From IMG/VR virus record IMGVR_UViG_3300036780_000209, positions 64,001-128,000 of that record: a stretch of 64,000 bases of DNA. One strand, given 5' to 3'. This document shows positions 60,723 to 64,000 of this stretch, piece after piece (position 1 is the first letter of the stretch; each line of letters starts with the position of its first letter). Under the pieces are notes generated by a model, which saw only the letters and a program-made list of their open reading frames with translations, was not told the origin of the DNA and did no database searches. The stretch is from a virus. Position numbers and translations under genes: made by a program.

Positions 60723-63292
60723 ATCACAGCCTTCCCGGGCGGGACAAGCCCGGCCCCGGCGGCCGGGGATGCCGTGACGACCAGGGGCGGGATGGCCAGC
60801 CCCCCGTTGGAGAGGAGCTGAACCAGGTCCAGGGCAGCCAGGAACTGGGGCTTGCCCGCCGGGACGTACCCTCCCGCCAGGTAGGCGGCCTGCTCAGCCG
60901 GGCTGAATCCCTGGGCGATGGGAACCCACATGACCCGGTTGACCACCGAGGGGCGCCCCACTGCGAAGACCGACCCCCCGTAGCTCGCCCTGAGCGCCGA
61001 GACCCCGAAGTCGGCCGGAGTGCTCAGCGGGGTGTACGCCTGGGAGGTGAAGCTGATCCGGTCGGCGTAATGAGTTTCCCCGGCCGAGGTAGTCGCCGGG
61101 GCAAGCACTACGCAGGCGTAGGCGGCATTCTGCGGGGCCAGGTACCCGCACCAGCTCTCCGTCCAGGAGGAGGTCGAATCGGTGATGGTAAGAGTGCTGG
61201 GGACCGTGGAGACGGGGTTCTGGCCCGAGTCGAACCAGGCGATCTGAACCTGGCAGGACTGCGGGGTGGCCGCCGCCAGGAAGGAGGCCTTCGCCAGGTA
61301 CTCACGGCCCGGGATCACCGCGACAAGCGGGCTGGAGGCCGCCAGGACCTCGCTGTTGAACGGGGCCGTGATGGCCAGGGAGAAGGACCCGTCGAGAGCG
61401 GCGGACGAGGTGATGGCCACCGTGGTGAGGAACCCGGTCCAGCCGGCCACCTGGGCACTGAGGGAGAAGAACCCGTTGCTGGCGATGTAGTGGGCCTCGT
61501 TTGACCCGGGGCTGTCCGCCTGGGCGAAGATGACCGCCACGGCCGCGTTGGCAGGAGAGGTGGCAACGGCCTTGGCCTGAGTCCACGAGCCCGAGGTATC
61601 CGTCACGGTGGCATGGGCGGTGTTCGAGATGACGGTGCCCGTGGCCGTCTGCCACTGGACCCAGGCCTCGCACGTCCGGCTCGCCGAGCCTGCCAGGAAC
61701 CACACGTCCATCTCGTAGCTCGTGTTCGGGCTGACCGCGTAGTTCCCGGTGTTCACGGCCTCGGTGCTGAAAGCCGGGAGCATTTTCAGCGCGAAGATGC
61801 CGGCGGGCGGGGCAACCGGCGGGATCACCCGGCTCACCAGGGCCAGGAACGCGACCCAGGTGCCCAGGGAGGACGCGAAGATCTGGTCGTCCTTGGACAG
61901 CAGGTTCGGGGTCTCCAGGCCGGAGATGACAGAGGTCAGCAGGTTGGGCTGGGCGTTCTGGTAGGTGCTGTCGGGAACGGCGGCGCTGAATTTGCCGCTG
62001 GTTCCCGCTGCCAGGACAGCGCCGGTCTTGCGGTCCTCGGCCAGGGGGCCGTCGAGGAAGCCGAGTCCCTGCTGCACCGGGAAGCCGAGGCTGTAGTCGG
62101 GCTTGCACGGCGTCGGCCACGCCCCGTTAGTGGCCCAGGAGGGGTTACCGGAGGCCGGGAACCCGGACACCAGGTTGCGCCCCGTGCCCGGGTGATTGAT
62201 GAATACCTGCAGGTTCCCCGCGCTGAATCCGCTGCTCGTCGCGATGTAAAGCGTTCCGTCATGAGCGAAGAAAGAGTAATCGGGGTGCAGGTGCCCGCTA
62301 GCGGTGGTATCCGCCGGGCAGACGGGCACGGACATCGGGGTAATGACCTGGGTGCCGTCGTCATAGGAAAATTCCTGGAAGCATATCTGGACGCCGGTCC
62401 CGAAGGCATCATAGATGACGACGAAGCGCTCGTCGTTGATGACGCTGGAAGGATCGGCCTGGACATCACGGACGGCCGCCAGGGTGATGGTCCCCGAGGC
62501 GGGGGTGATATTCGGCACCTGGTAGGCGGTCAGCAGGTTGCCGGAGGAATCCGAGACGGAGATGACCCCGCTCTTGAAGGACCCCGTGCCGAAGTAATGC
62601 CCCGTGACGACCCGGCCCGACTGGGGGAGGACCGCCATCTGGCCGGCCTGCCGGGTCGGCCAGTACTGGCCCTTCATCCCGGTCACCTGGCCGGAAGGCG
62701 CGATCACCGAGTAAGCCGCAGGATTAGTCGCCTGCCACTGGTTGGAATTCAGCGACGCGCCGAGATCATAATGCCATTTGCCGTCTTCCAGCTTCTGGAA
62801 GAAAGCAAGCACGGGGTAAAGGCCATGACGGCTGATGTCCCAGTTGAAGTAATACCCTTCCAGGGTCGCCAGGAGCTTCTTGACGCCTCCCTGGTTTACC
62901 ACCACCATGTCCCCGGACCCGGTGTCCGTCGATCCGTAGCGCTTGCCGGGCGTGACGACGTTCAGGGCTCCCGCGCTGGTGTGAACCCGGATGCGGTAGA
63001 AGTGCCGGGCGTTCGGGTGGAAGACGGCAAGCTCGGCCGTCGAGGACGTGGACTGCAGCTCGTTGTTCGTGAAGGGCAGCGTGGAGATCGCGATCTGGCC
63101 GTCTGGCAGGCCCCGGGTATAGAACACCTGGAGTCCCGGCGCGAACCCCCACCCCGGGATCCCCGTGGCCGTGAAGCTGTGCCCGCTGGCACTCTGGGCG
63201 GCTGTCCCGAGGGTGCCGAAAGAACCCGGCGTCCCGTACAGCGTGACCGCCGTGCCGAGCGCCAGGGAAGCGGGTGAGGGAGCTATCGCCAT
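60719..63292 (-). CDS. Virion protein: beta-propeller-like body with two CBM4/9-like modules
   Basis: Two NLL..W..(V)xPxxxY..W..G..I.......WT......P.NA..A...HY modules. Confidence 0.7.
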   Translation of the reverse strand: MAIAPSPASLALGTAVTLYGTPGSFGTLGTAAQSASGHSFTATGIPGWGFAPGLQVFYTRGLPDGQIAISTLPFTNNELQSTSSTAELAVFHPNARHFYRIRVHTSAGALNVVTPGKRYGSTDTGSGDMVVVNQGGVKKLLATLEGYYFNWDISRHGLYPVLAFFQKLEDGKWHYDLGASLNSNQWQATNPAAYSVIAPSGQVTGMKGQYWPTRQAGQMAVLPQSGRVVTGHYFGTGSFKSGVISVSDSSGNLLTAYQVPNITPASGTITLAAVRDVQADPSSVINDERFVVIYDAFGTGVQICFQEFSYDDGTQVITPMSVPVCPADTTASGHLHPDYSFFAHDGTLYIATSSGFSAGNLQVFINHPGTGRNLVSGFPASGNPSWATNGAWPTPCKPDYSLGFPVQQGLGFLDGPLAEDRKTGAVLAAGTSGKFSAAVPDSTYQNAQPNLLTSVISGLETPNLLSKDDQIFASSLGTWVAFLALVSRVIPPVAPPAGIFALKMLPAFSTEAVNTGNYAVSPNTSYEMDVWFLAGSASRTCEAWVQWQTATGTVISNTAHATVTDTSGSWTQAKAVATSPANAAVAVIFAQADSPGSNEAHYIASNGFFSLSAQVAGWTGFLTTVAITSSAALDGSFSLAITAPFNSEVLAASSPLVAVIPGREYLAKASFLAAATPQSCQVQIAWFDSGQNPVSTVPSTLTITDSTSSWTESWCGYLAPQNAAYACVVLAPATTSAGETHYADRISFTSQAYTPLSTPADFGVSALRASYGGSVFAVGRPSVVNRVMWVPIAQGFSPAEQAAYLAGGYVPAGKPQFLAALDLVQLLSNGGLAIPPLVVTASPAAGAGLVPPGKAVM

Positions 63293-63915
63293 CAGGCCGA
63301 CCAGATCACCACGATGCCGGAAGGATCGAAGCTGACGCTGAAATTGCCTCCCGTGCCCGTCGAGCTGACACCGAGATCGGCCAGGGCGATCAGCGGCTGG
63401 GCCGAGGCGATCCCCTGCGTCCGGTCAGATACCACCAGGTAGCGAAGCGTGCCGCTATAGCTCTGCCACTGGGCGTTCAGCGCGCTGAGCTGCACGGCCC
63501 CGGCGGCGATGGCCTGCCACGTCGCGGTCCCGTCGGTCACGGTCAGGCCCAGGGAGGGCCAGGAGGGCTGGAAGGCAGCCGACGAGCCGCCTGCCACGCA
63601 CCGGAAGACCAGCCCGTTGCCTACTGGCGGGCGCACGACCTGGCCGACGGCATAGGGAGTATTCGGCTGCCACTGCTGGCCCCAGGCGTTGGCGGGGGTG
63701 TAGAGGGCAGTCTTCCCGCTGAGGATGATGCCCCCCTGGGTGTATCCCGCCCCCGTGGCGACCTCGCTGGTCAGGTTGCTGACGAAGGCATCAGTGTCCA
63801 GGTTCGGCGCGTAGGAGGCCGTGTGCTGGGTCATCACGATCGTGTCGGACTGCCAGTTGAGCTGCCCGTTCCAGGCCCTGAGCTGAGCCTGGCGGTAGAG
63901 GCTGAACGTGGTCAT
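63292..63915 (-). CDS. Small virion structural protein with inserted CBM5/12-like module
   Basis: NW.SDTI...H..SY.PN.DT...EV..G.GYT.GG..L; insert WQPNTPYAVGQVV..G..FRC...G.S...P.W...TVTDGT.TW. Confidence 0.75.
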   Translation of the reverse strand: MTTFSLYRQAQLRAWNGQLNWQSDTIVMTQHTASYAPNLDTDAFVSNLTSEVATGAGYTQGGIILSGKTALYTPANAWGQQWQPNTPYAVGQVVRPPVGNGLVFRCVAGGSSAAFQPSWPSLGLTVTDGTATWQAIAAGAVQLSALNAQWQSYSGTLRYLVVSDRTQGIASAQPLIALADLGVSSTGTGGNFSVSFDPSGIVVIWSA

Positions 63916-64000
63916 CAGGTGGCTCCGTTCTCCGGGTCAAGCGGGTGGGCAATCCCGGTCAGTTGCTTATGGGTGTCCGCCGCGATGCGGAGATGACGCT
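63915..64000 (-). CDS. 3' end of an upstream gene (partial)
   Basis: ..RHLRIAADTHKQLTGIAHPLDPENGAT-stop, TGATG-coupled to 63915. Confidence 0.5.
   Translation of the reverse strand, partial: RHLRIAADTHKQLTGIAHPLDPENGAT

Noticed and set aside
60719-60760. Late promoter motif before the 60722 gene
   Set aside because: GAAG is present, but the upstream CTG box and the +5 purine rule are not met; it lies within coding sequence.
1-64000. tRNA, rRNA, integrase/att sites, reverse transcriptase/DGR, capsid and portal genes
   Set aside because: None recognisable by eye in this window; head genes probably lie outside it. Lifestyle cannot be decided here.

Overview
A 64-kb segment of a large, GC-rich, contractile-tailed (myovirus-type) phage or prophage of an Actinomycetota host. 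The host call rests on Lsr2, an Rpf-type domain, a GH25 lysin and high GC. The gene set recalls Bxz1/E3-like actinobacterial myoviruses, judged from gene content only. Almost all genes are on the minus strand; most long plus-strand ORFs in the track are antisense shadows. Right to left: virion accessory and head-tail genes, sheath, tube, lsr2, frameshifted tail assembly chaperones, tape measure, a secreted LysM-Rpf-NlpC/P60 enzyme, baseplate and spike/fibre genes, DinG and SNF2 helicases, a split lysis cassette interleaved with repeat-rich virion proteins, a replication/recombination block (5'-3' exonuclease, primase-helicase, SSB-like, DnaE, RecA, Hjc-like, Cas4-like, RuvC-like), a sigma-region-4 protein, an inverted NUMOD4-HNH gene and the large terminase. 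Last is a >700-aa multi-enzyme protein that the ORF track missed because it runs off the left edge (Zn finger, ParB-like, three ADP-ribosyltransferase-like domains, GNAT). Highlights not visible in the ORF track: (1) that polyvalent ART/GNAT protein; (2) a recurrent bipartite motif CTG-N22-GAAG-N4 upstream of late genes, probably a phage-specific promoter; (3) a palindrome CAAGG-N2-CCTTG inside host-type promoters, probably an operator; (4) a catalytically dead GH26-like tail domain, nested domain duplications and a G11 tract in tail genes. All family calls are motif recognition by eye; no database search was run.
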